From Candidatus Krumholzibacteriota bacterium (GTDB lineage: Bacteria; Krumholzibacteriota; Krumholzibacteriia; JAJRXK01), in NCBI GenBank assembly GCA_963764625.1, contig CAVXTH010000005.1, positions 224,001 to 288,000 of the forward strand: a stretch of DNA of 64,000 nucleotides, read 5' to 3'. The notes beneath the pieces were generated by a model that searched no databases, had not been told where the DNA came from, and worked only from the letters and a program-made list of their open reading frames with translations. Made by a program: the position numbers and the translations under genes. This document shows, piece by piece, positions 20,130-28,486 of this stretch. Numbering within the stretch: position 1 is the first letter of the stretch; each line of letters begins with the position of its first letter.

Positions 20130-21107
20130 TCAGGAGATCAACTCTTCCGTGCCCATACCCGTCGTTTCCGCCTCGGATTCATGAGTGCGTCGTTCCTTGA
20201 CCACGACGCTTCCCTTGAGGGATTTGCCGTACTTCTTGAGTTCGGCCGCGACGTCGCTCACCTTGGCCCAGTGTTTGAAGGTGCCCCCGGAATCGATCAC
20301 CATCGCCAGCGTGATGGTACAGAAGGGAACCACGTTCGCTCCACCGAAGCGGTTACGAACCTCGAGATGACCTCGTTCGAGATCCTCCGCGTCCAGGAGC
20401 GAGTGGCTGTTCGCGTCGAAATCGTCGACGATCCCCTGCGCGACCGCATCGGCGACAGTGGGTGAACTGATGACCACGAAGTCGTCTCCACCGATATGGC
20501 CGATGAAGTCGTCTTCGTTTCCCAAGCGCTGACTCGTCTGCCGAATGATGTCCGACACGAAGCGGATGGCCTGGTCACCGCGCGAGTAGCCGTAGTGATC
20601 GTTGTAGCCCTTGAAGTTGTCGATATCGATGTACATGAACGCGAACGGCTGCGTGGTCATGATGCGCCGCTGCAGCTCGCTCTCGATGGCCTGGTTTCCC
20701 GGCAATCCGGTCAGCGGGTTCGCTTGGCGCTGAGCCCGGCTCCAGTCGAGCATGTTGCGCACTCGGGTCACCAACTCATCGTGATCGTAGGGCTTGGTGA
20801 GATAGTCGTTGGCTCCCCCGCGCAGACCGCGAACTTTTTCGCGCACGTCTCCCTTCGCGGTCACGATGATGATGGGGATCTGGGCTGTCTTGAAGTCCTC
20901 ACGCAGGTGCTGGCACACCTCGTAGCCGTCCATCTTGGGCATCATGAGGTCCAGGAGTATCAGGTCGGGCAGCTCGTTGCGCGCGACCTCGAGCGCGCGT
21001 TCCCCATTTTCGGCGGTGACGATGGAGAAACCGTTTTGTTCGAGAAGAAAAGCCAGGATCTTCCTGATGTGGGGTTCGTCGTCGACGACGAGAATGCTTT
21101 CTTTCAC
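20130..21107 (-). CDS. Response regulator receiver-diguanylate cyclase (REC-GGDEF; GGDDF motif)
   Basis: ILVVDDE...LDLMMP...KPY receiver; NPLTGLPG, DIDNFKGYNDHYG..GD, HIGGDDF. Confidence 0.92.
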   Translation of the reverse strand: MKESILVVDDEPHIRKILAFLLEQNGFSIVTAENGERALEVARNELPDLILLDLMMPKMDGYEVCQHLREDFKTAQIPIIIVTAKGDVREKVRGLRGGANDYLTKPYDHDELVTRVRNMLDWSRAQRQANPLTGLPGNQAIESELQRRIMTTQPFAFMYIDIDNFKGYNDHYGYSRGDQAIRFVSDIIRQTSQRLGNEDDFIGHIGGDDFVVISSPTVADAVAQGIVDDFDANSHSLLDAEDLERGHLEVRNRFGGANVVPFCTITLAMVIDSGGTFKHWAKVSDVAAELKKYGKSLKGSVVVKERRTHESEAETTGMGTEELIS

Positions 21108-21203
21108 GACCGGCCCTTCTGGATGTCTTGCAGGATGTCACGGCCGCCCGTGCGGGCGAAGAAGGCCACGAGCCAACCCTTTTTCCCGTCGATCCGTCGT
21201 AAG

Positions 21204-21216
21204 TGGCAATTTGCCA
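21204..21216. promoter_or_regulatory. Inverted repeat TGGCAA-T-TTGCCA; candidate transcription-factor site
   Basis: Perfect 6-1-6 palindrome in the tsaD to REC-GGDEF intergenic region. Confidence 0.35.
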
Positions 21217-21311
21217 ACAGATTCGGGAAACAAGCCCGTGAAACCATTCTGGTCGACCGCGCGCGGATCCGAGCTCGATCCGTACCCACGGCCATGATCC
21301 ATCGGGGGCCT

Positions 21312-21327
21312 TGCAGGTTACTTGCCA
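21312..21327 (-). promoter_or_regulatory. Candidate sigma54 (-24/-12) promoter for the c-di-GMP locus
   Basis: Minus strand TGGCAAGTAACCTGCA versus consensus TGGCACG-N4-TTGCW; correct GG-N10-GC spacing, two mismatches. Confidence 0.45.
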
Positions 21328-21391
21328 TATCCGAGGGGAAGCTGACAGTCCGTATAAAGACTGAATGAGGTTCAGTTTGCCTCGGAGCGGA

Positions 21392-22411
21392 TCACTGAGC
21401 CCACTGCGGGAGGGCGCCGCGGGCAAAGGCCGCCAGCGCGAGTGAGTCTCTCTGGCCGGCCGCGAGCCGCAGGCGGCCGGCCCAGGCGATCATGGCCGCG
21501 TTGTCGGTGCAGTAGCGCAGGGCGGGCGGGTGGAAGGAAAGGCCCCGTTCGGCTGCCAGTTTCGCGAAGGCCGAACGCAGGGAGCCATTCGCCGCCACCC
21601 CGCCGGCCAGGTAGAGTCCGCGAATTCCCTCGTCCTGACAGGCCTGAAGCGCGGCGGCGGTCTTGAGCATCAGACTCTTGATGACGCTGTCCTGGAGCGC
21701 GCGGGCGAGATCGCATTTCTCCTGCTCGGACACATCCTCGCCCAGGCCCTGCAGGCGCAGGCGTACTGCGGTCTTGAGTCCGCTGAAGGAAAAATCGAGT
21801 TCGTCACGCTGACGCAATCCCACCGGCAACTCTACCTCGGAGGGACGGCCTCGCGCGGCCATCTTCTCGATCACCGGCCCCCCCGGATACCCCAGGCCCA
21901 TGAGCTTGGCCGTCTTGTCCAGAGTCTCGCCTGCCGCGTCGTCTCGGGTGCTCCCCAAGATCTCGTACGATCCCGGCGCACGCGTCAACACGGTTTGCGT
22001 ATGTCCCCCACTCACCACCAGAACCAAAGCGGGCAGCGCCATCGGACTCTCGATTCCGTTGGCGAGGATATGACCCTCGATGTGATGGATCCCGACGAAA
22101 GGCAGACACTTGGCCCAGGCCAAAGCCTTCGCGCAGCTCAATCCCATGAGCACCGCCCCGATGAGACCCGGCCCGTTGGTCGCAGCAATTCCCTCCACCT
22201 CGTCCAACGACCACGAAGCGTCCTGAAGGGCCGCATCCAAAACGGGAATGATGTTGCGCAGGTGAGCGCGCGAGGCGAGCTCTGGAACCACTCCGCCGAA
22301 ACGCGCGTGGAGATCCACCTGGGAGCTCACGAGGTTCGAACGCACCCCGCCTGCATCCACGCAGGCCACACTCGTTTCGTCGCAGGAGCTCTCGATGCCC
22401 AAGACCCTCAT
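21392..22411 (-). CDS. tsaD: tRNA N6-adenosine threonylcarbamoyltransferase TsaD
   Basis: MRVLGIESSCDETS, GGVVPELASRAH, HHIEGH, VSGGHT, DDAAGE, GGVAAN, CTDNAAMI; ATG at 22411 overlaps the nnr stop. Confidence 0.96.
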   Translation of the reverse strand: MRVLGIESSCDETSVACVDAGGVRSNLVSSQVDLHARFGGVVPELASRAHLRNIIPVLDAALQDASWSLDEVEGIAATNGPGLIGAVLMGLSCAKALAWAKCLPFVGIHHIEGHILANGIESPMALPALVLVVSGGHTQTVLTRAPGSYEILGSTRDDAAGETLDKTAKLMGLGYPGGPVIEKMAARGRPSEVELPVGLRQRDELDFSFSGLKTAVRLRLQGLGEDVSEQEKCDLARALQDSVIKSLMLKTAAALQACQDEGIRGLYLAGGVAANGSLRSAFAKLAAERGLSFHPPALRYCTDNAAMIAWAGRLRLAAGQRDSLALAAFARGALPQWAQ

Positions 22412-23970
22412 CGCTTCGCCTCTTGCAGTTGCAAACCTACCGGACCCAGCTCCTCGAGCAGATCGCGGGCGAGCAGCCCCGCTTCCCCGACCCTCGAGGA
22501 CACCCGGTCGCCGGCCGCTCCGTGCATCCACGCGCCTAGACACGCGGCCTCGAACGCGTCGTATCCGCCCGCCAGCAGGGCCGCGATCACCCCCGCCAAC
22601 ACGTCACCGGTTCCCGCGCTAGCCAGGGCGACGTCGCCCGAGCCGATCACCGCGAAGGCACCGTCGGGGGCAGCGATCATGGTGGGAGCGCCCTTGTGCA
22701 GAAGCACGACACCAAACTCGGCCGCAGTCCTCTTCAAACTTTCCACCCTGCCCACTCCCAGGTCGAGATCCGCATCGGTCAAGCGGCGCAGTTCACCGCT
22801 GTGCGGCGTGATCACCGAGCCTTCGGGCAACTTCAATGGAGTCTGCAGACGAGCGAAGGCGTTGAGTCCGTCGGCGTCGACGACCATCGGTTTGTCGAGC
22901 GCGCCCGCCGTTTCCAGGACGAGCTTCGCGGTCGAAAGATCGGCTCCGAGTCCGGGCCCCAACAGAACCGCGGAATGGCGCTCGCCGTAGCGAACGATCT
23001 CACCCAGAATCTCGGGCGAGAGGGTTCCGGCCGAAGTCTCGCGCATCGGGCGCACCAGGACTTCGAGACAGCTTAGGTCCACCGTCAGGCGCTGACTTCC
23101 CGGCACCAGGGCCTCGACCAACCCGGCGCCGCTGCGCATGGCTCCGAGGCAAGCCAGGGAAACCGCACCGGACATTCCCGTGCTTCCCCCCACCACCAGC
23201 AGACTTCCCACCGAGTACTTGTGAGCGTCGTGGGCCCGCGGTTTCCACCAGCCACTGGCAAGCGTCTTTCCCACGTACAGCGCCGATCCCTCGCCAACCT
23301 TCAACTGCGCCTGCACCACCTCCTCGGGAAAGGAGAGTGGTACGATCGAGATCTTCCCGCAGTAAGCTCGGCCGGGGGGAAGGACGAGACCCCACTTCGC
23401 CAGTCCGAAGGTGGCGCAGAGGTCCGCCGACACCGCCACTGGGTCGACCTCGCCAGTGCTGGCGTGAAGACCGCTGGGCAAATCGAGGGCGAGCACGCGG
23501 CGGCCGAGGGCGTTGATCGCCTCGACGACTTCGAGGAGGCGGCCGCGCAGGGGAGGACGAAATCCGGTGCCGAGGACCCCATCCACCAGGGCCCGTCCAG
23601 GATGCTCGCGGGCGATCCGGCTCAATTCGGCTCCGGCGTTCTCTCCTAGCACCTGCAGCGGAACCCCCGCCTCACGGGCTCGAATGAGGTTGGTGGCCGC
23701 ATCCCCCTGGAACTCACCCTGATCTTTCAAGAGCAGCGCGCGGACCGAGTGCCCTTCCCCCTTCAGCAGACGCGCCACCACCAGCCCGTCGCCTCCGTTG
23801 TTTCCGCCTCCGCAAAGCACGAGAGTGGTGCCCCAGAGCCAATCGGGCTTGGCCAATAGAAGTCGGGCAGCGCCCGCGCCGGCCTCCTCCATGAGTTGAA
23901 TCCCGGCGACGCCCGCCCTTATTGAAGCCGCGTCGATGGCGCGGATCGCGGCTGAATCCACGACGAACAT
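22408..23970 (-). CDS. nnr: Bifunctional NAD(P)H-hydrate epimerase/dehydratase (YjeF)
   Basis: LMEEAG, GGGNNGGDG, GTG, DLPSG (epimerase); HK, GPGLG, VDADGL, TPHSGE, LASAGTGDVLAG (dehydratase); GGAGG SD before the ATG at 23970. Confidence 0.93.
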   Translation of the reverse strand: MFVVDSAAIRAIDAASIRAGVAGIQLMEEAGAGAARLLLAKPDWLWGTTLVLCGGGNNGGDGLVVARLLKGEGHSVRALLLKDQGEFQGDAATNLIRAREAGVPLQVLGENAGAELSRIAREHPGRALVDGVLGTGFRPPLRGRLLEVVEAINALGRRVLALDLPSGLHASTGEVDPVAVSADLCATFGLAKWGLVLPPGRAYCGKISIVPLSFPEEVVQAQLKVGEGSALYVGKTLASGWWKPRAHDAHKYSVGSLLVVGGSTGMSGAVSLACLGAMRSGAGLVEALVPGSQRLTVDLSCLEVLVRPMRETSAGTLSPEILGEIVRYGERHSAVLLGPGLGADLSTAKLVLETAGALDKPMVVDADGLNAFARLQTPLKLPEGSVITPHSGELRRLTDADLDLGVGRVESLKRTAAEFGVVLLHKGAPTMIAAPDGAFAVIGSGDVALASAGTGDVLAGVIAALLAGGYDAFEAACLGAWMHGAAGDRVSSRVGEAGLLARDLLEELGPVGLQLQEAKR

Positions 23971-24023
23971 CCCAAACCTCCACGGATCATGGCGTCCATG
24001 CGCGATGATGCTAGTGTAAACCA

Positions 24024-24863
24024 ATGATGTTCACACCGCGCCCGGAAGCGAGTCAACTGTTCGAGCGTCTGAGCTTCGCGAGACTCTTCTTCATGGCCTT
24101 GGCGCTGGTCGCCCTCAACCTGAGTCTTCAGCTCAGTCTCGATGAGGCGCTGGACAGCGAGCTGTGGGCCGCGCTTCTCTCGAGCATCCTGGTCTTCGTG
24201 GGCATGCCGTTCCTCTTGGCCCGGGTACTGGGCGATCACCCACTCCGGAGCTTTCGACTCCATCTTCCCCGTCCCAAGAGTTTCGCGCTCGTCACGCTCA
24301 TCACGGTGGCGTCCGTGTTCCCCATCGATCTCTTGACCACGCTCAACTCACGGCTGCTCTCGGTTCCCCCCGAGGTTCTGGAGAACATGCGACAGCTCAA
24401 GCCTGATTCCGTACCGAGTTGGGCCATGGCGGTTTGTGCCCTCTGCGTCGTGACGCCCCTGGGAGAAGAGATCGTCTTTCGGGGGCTCCTGCAGCAGGCG
24501 GCCCTCCTGCGCATGGGGGCCGTTCAGGCCATCGCCATGTGCGCCATTCTCTTCGCGGCGGTTCACCTGCAGCCCTACTACCTCGCTGGTCTCATCTCGG
24601 TGGGTGTTCTCCTCGGCGTCATCTTTCTACGCACGGGCAATTTGAGCGCGAGCATCTACGCACACGGGCTCTACAACCTCATCAGCCTCGTCACTCTGTC
24701 TCCAAAGAACACGAATGCGGAGACCAGTCTGACGACCGGCGTCCTCGGCTGGTCCCTGGCGGCCGCCGGTCTTTTGATTTGCTGGTGGGCGCTGAAACGA
24801 CTGAGCCCAGATGGATTCGAAGATCCTACTTGGAAGATTGAACGATCGGTCGACCAAGACTGA
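24024..24863 (+). CDS. CPBP (Abi/CAAX protease family) intramembrane metalloprotease
   Basis: Multi-pass hydrophobic protein with EEIVFRG, FAAVH and HGLYN motifs. Confidence 0.9.
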   Translation: MMFTPRPEASQLFERLSFARLFFMALALVALNLSLQLSLDEALDSELWAALLSSILVFVGMPFLLARVLGDHPLRSFRLHLPRPKSFALVTLITVASVFPIDLLTTLNSRLLSVPPEVLENMRQLKPDSVPSWAMAVCALCVVTPLGEEIVFRGLLQQAALLRMGAVQAIAMCAILFAAVHLQPYYLAGLISVGVLLGVIFLRTGNLSASIYAHGLYNLISLVTLSPKNTNAETSLTTGVLGWSLAAAGLLICWWALKRLSPDGFEDPTWKIERSVDQD

Positions 24864-25020
24864 TCTCGCCGTTGTCGATGCGAATGTTGAATCCGCAAGT
24901 AGGATTGTTGCACACCCAGGCCTTGTACTGAATCGGGGCGCCGTCGCGTCCATAATCCGAAAGCGGCAACAAGACACCCTTATCACATTTTTGACACACG
25001 GGAAATTCCTTCATCGTCAT
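24826..25020 (-). CDS. Small conserved Cys-rich (zinc-ribbon-like) protein
   Basis: 64 aa with CQKC...LPLSDYG...YKAWVCNNPTCGF; GGAG SD and its own upstream promoter. Confidence 0.75.
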   Translation of the reverse strand: MTMKEFPVCQKCDKGVLLPLSDYGRDGAPIQYKAWVCNNPTCGFNIRIDNGEISLGRPIVQSSK

Positions 25021-25175
25021 ACCGAACTCCGCTCACAGGCGAGCGAAGAACTCACCTCCCTCTCACGAAGACCGTGCCTCGCGTTCCCCGGATGGTAGAG
25101 AATCCACCCCAGACGGGAACTGAACGGCATGCGGCGCGCGAAGAGGCGTGCCCGGGCGCCGTTCACTGGCGCTTG

Positions 25176-25205
25176 ATTATCCGCAGCGCTCAAAAAGCAT
25201 GTCAA
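25176..25205 (-). promoter_or_regulatory. Candidate sigma70 promoter for the small zinc-ribbon gene
   Basis: TTGACA-N18-GATAAT on the minus strand. Confidence 0.45.
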
Positions 25206-25224
25206 GGACCGATCCGGACCCAAC

Positions 25225-26520
25225 TCAGGTCTTTTGAGGTTTCTTCTTCGCGGCGGGAAAGAGAACGTTGTTCAGGATGAGGCGATAGCCCGGCGAGTGG
25301 GGGTGAAGATCGAGATCGGTCGGAGGGTCGCCCACCGCGTGAGTATAGTCCTCCGGATCGTGTCCTCCGAGGAAAGTGAAGGTGCCCTTGCCCAGGTTGC
25401 CATGGAGATACTTGACCTCGTTGGCGCCCTCCACCTCGGCCAGAATGACCACGCTCTTTTTGATCAAGTCCTTCTTGAATCCGGTAGTTTGCCCCATGAA
25501 TCCGTTGATCACGCTCACTTGGTCCTGCGTCAACATGGCGGGCACCGGATCGTACTTGGCGGCGAAGTTGAAGAGAGTGAAATAGTCGGCTTCGGGTCCC
25601 CTCAGGCGCGCGTAGTTCGAGGTGTCGATGTTGCTGAATTCGTATTCGAGCGGATTGGTGTAGAGGGTGAAGTTCTCGAAGGCCAGGCAGCGCGAGAAAT
25701 CGAGCTTGCTGCGATAGTTGGGATCGACCGGAGTTCCGTCGAAGGGACGGTCGACGAAGTCGACGCCGAGACCGGCCAGGGCGATGTCGAAGGTGTCGGT
25801 GGCAGAACACATGGCAAAGAGGAAGCCTCCGTCGGCCACGAACTGTTTGATGGTCAGAGCCACCGCTCCCTTCAGCTCTCTCACACTCTTGAACCCATGC
25901 GCGGTGGCGATGGTCTCGAAGAGCTTCTTCTGCTCCTTGTACCAGGGCTGGTCTTTGAATGAACCGTAGAACTTGCCGTACTGTCCGGTGAAGTCTTCGT
26001 GGTGAAGGTGGAGCCAGTCGTACTGACTCAGCTTGCCCGCCAATACATCCGAATCAAAAATCGTGTCGAAATCGATCTCGGCGTAGCTCAGGGCCAGAGT
26101 GACCGCGTCATCCCACGGCTGAAAATTCGGTGGCGCATAAATTGCGATGCGGGGTGGAACCTCCAGGAGAACCTCCTCCATGTTCTCCTTGGCGATGACC
26201 TGCCGAATGCGCGCCACCTCTCCCGCGCTCACCCTTTTCGTGGTCACGCCCATGAGCCGGGCCTCCGGTTCCAGAATCGAACCGTTGGGAATGAGAAAAC
26301 TCCCGCCCCGGTAGTTCAAAAGCCAGCTCACCGGCATGTCACGCTTGAGCGCCTTGAACGCCAGACCGTAGGCCTTCAGATGGTTGTCCTGGCTCACGTC
26401 CATTGGAATCAGGATGTCGCTCGCGTGCGCGATCCCCTGGAAGAGCATCGTCGCCGCCAGCACGAGAAAAAAAACGACGAACCATCCACGCAGACTGCTC
26501 CCGGAAGCGCTCGTAATCAT
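25225..26520 (-). CDS. Exported protein of the Bacteroidetes family commonly labelled 'asparagine synthetase B' (function unknown)
   Basis: Signal peptide (..IAHA/SDILIPMD), QDNHLKAYG, WLLNYRGGSF, PWDDAVT, DWLHLHHEDFTGQYGKF, FAMCSATD, GGHDPEDY, SPGYRLILNNVLFPAA. Confidence 0.8.
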   Translation of the reverse strand: MITSASGSSLRGWFVVFFLVLAATMLFQGIAHASDILIPMDVSQDNHLKAYGLAFKALKRDMPVSWLLNYRGGSFLIPNGSILEPEARLMGVTTKRVSAGEVARIRQVIAKENMEEVLLEVPPRIAIYAPPNFQPWDDAVTLALSYAEIDFDTIFDSDVLAGKLSQYDWLHLHHEDFTGQYGKFYGSFKDQPWYKEQKKLFETIATAHGFKSVRELKGAVALTIKQFVADGGFLFAMCSATDTFDIALAGLGVDFVDRPFDGTPVDPNYRSKLDFSRCLAFENFTLYTNPLEYEFSNIDTSNYARLRGPEADYFTLFNFAAKYDPVPAMLTQDQVSVINGFMGQTTGFKKDLIKKSVVILAEVEGANEVKYLHGNLGKGTFTFLGGHDPEDYTHAVGDPPTDLDLHPHSPGYRLILNNVLFPAAKKKPQKT

Positions 26521-28486
26521 GGCAGATTCCCATCTCCTTTCGACTTGGCGGCGTCGATCGCGCGGATCTTGTCGCGAACCCCCTCGATGAATATGTAGTC
26601 TTCGTAATCCTTCAGCAGGCGCGCGTAGGAAGCGCGCGCCTTGACGCTGTACCCTTGACGCGACAAGAGATCGCCTTGCAGCTCGAGCGCTTGTGGCGCG
26701 AGACGGCTGGAGGGTTCCTCGGACAGGAGACTGTCGACCTGGACCAGGGCCCGCGCGTCCTTCCCATCGTCGAACCAATGGAGCGCCAGATCGAGACGAG
26801 CCCGCGCCCGCAGGATCGGTGAGTTTTCCCGGGTCAGAGCGCCGAGCTGCGCGAGCAGAGAATCGCTCTCTCCCACCGTCTTGAAGTACAGGGCGCGGCC
26901 GTAGCGCCGCAGGCCGGCCCGATCGTCTCCGCCAAGTGACTCCTCGGTCAGAAGCATCGCGAGATCGAGAGCGTCATTAGTGTAGGAGGCCGAAGGCGAT
27001 TCGAACGCGACCGCACTGAGGCGCTTCTTGGCCCGGTCGAACTCCCCCCCATGAAATCCAGCTGGCCGAGGTGGTAATGCGCGCGACCCTGGCCATCGAC
27101 GAAATTCATGTCCCGTCCCATGGTTTCGAACAGGGTGCGAGCCTCGGTGGTGTCTCCCGCCGCCATGTACGCCTGTCCCAAGCCGACCCGCGCCGTTTCC
27201 GTGTCATCGACGTTGACGTTGGGATTCAACTGGACCCGTCGATAGAGCTCGATGGCCTCTTTGGGTTGATGCAGGATCTCGACGTACGCCCTCGCGAGGC
27301 GCAGGAGCGAGCTGGTCGTATGCTCGTCGTTGGGAAAGCGCTGCATCATATCCAAGAGAGTGGACTTGGCTCCGCTCAGAGTCTCGGCTTGATCCGCCTT
27401 GGGCATCTCGTCGAAGGAGGGATTGGCGAGAAGGGCGATCCAAGTGCGCGTGAGCGCGTCGTACGCGCGCGGCTGCAAGCTCTTGGGCAGACGGTCGGCG
27501 ATCAAAAGGCCATCCAGGATCTTCTGACTCAAACGAAGGCGCTGCAGGTTCGTCCCGGGATCGCTGGCGGGCAAGCGGCTCTCGGCCAGTCCCGCCAACG
27601 CGAGCTGTAGGAGATCGCTCTTCAACTGAGACATGTCGAGCAGAGGTTCGATGACGTCCCAGGCCCCGTGGCCGTCACCATCCAGCTGGCGGAGTTCTCC
27701 GAGCACCAGGCCCAGCTCCGGAATGGCCGGATGTTCCTTGTACACTTTCTCGCAGGTGGCCCGAATCGCGGGAGCAGCCGGAGGATTGGATTCTCTCAGG
27801 TCGAGAATCTGCGCGCGCATCAGTTCCACGTTCATCGGAGTGTCCAGGATCACGTACAGATATTCTCGAACCGCATCCACGGTTCTCCCCATCCGGACGT
27901 AGGTCGCGCCCAGTTCCTGCGCCAGCGCATAGGGATCGCTCGATTTCTTCCGCGCCGCGAGCAACACCGCGAGTGCCTCCTCGTCGTGCTTGTATCTGCC
28001 GAGAACGGCGGCGACCATGCGGGCGTACGACAGCTCGCCGGGGTGCGCGTCGAGGATCTCATGAAGGCTCGCGATCGCCTCCTTGTCCTTGCCCATTTCC
28101 ATAAGAGCCTGGGCCAGGAGTCGGAGCGTGCCGACCTCGTCGCCTTCGCCCTCCTTTAGCTGTCGCCGCAGCAATTTCTCCAGATCGGGGTAGCGCCGCG
28201 TATCGCGGTAGAGACTCGCCAGCTGGCGCGCGATCAGGCGGTCGAATCCGTACTGGTGCAGATAGCCCTCCAGCTGATTGATGGCCTCGGCCGAACGACC
28301 GCGCGCGGCGAGTAGCTCCGCGCTCTTGAGGGTTCTCAGCCGCTTAACCGACATCCCGCTGCTGTCAGCAGGGGCTTCCTGCACGATCGGGGGCACTGTT
28401 TTCGGCTCTGATTGCGCTCGACTCGAGCGCGCCAGACCGAGGAAGAAACAGCAGCCGAAAACCAAAAGAACGCGAGAGAGCCTCAT
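26517..28486 (-). CDS. Exported TPR-repeat protein, split by one frameshift at 27044-27050
   Basis: Signal peptide and TPR-like helices; adding one G to the G7 run joins ...DFMGG to EFDRAKKRL...NDALDLAMLLTEE (ORF 26517..26957). Confidence 0.75.

Noticed and set aside
20130-21107. Hypr-type GGDEF (3',3'-cGAMP synthase)
   Set aside because: The guanine-specifying Asp is retained (YGYSRGDQ) rather than the Ser/Thr seen in Hypr enzymes
21108-21391. c-di-GMP-I riboswitch upstream of the cyclase
   Set aside because: A GGCAAAC is present, but the GNRA loop, GACGCAAAGC junction and receptor stem are not
24024-24863. CPBP protease as an abortive-infection defence gene or as the sortase for the WGxxK tail
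   Set aside because: CPBP proteins are ubiquitous; there is no defence-island context and no linkage to the tailed proteins, and the tail lacks the TM helix that CPBP-type sortases act on
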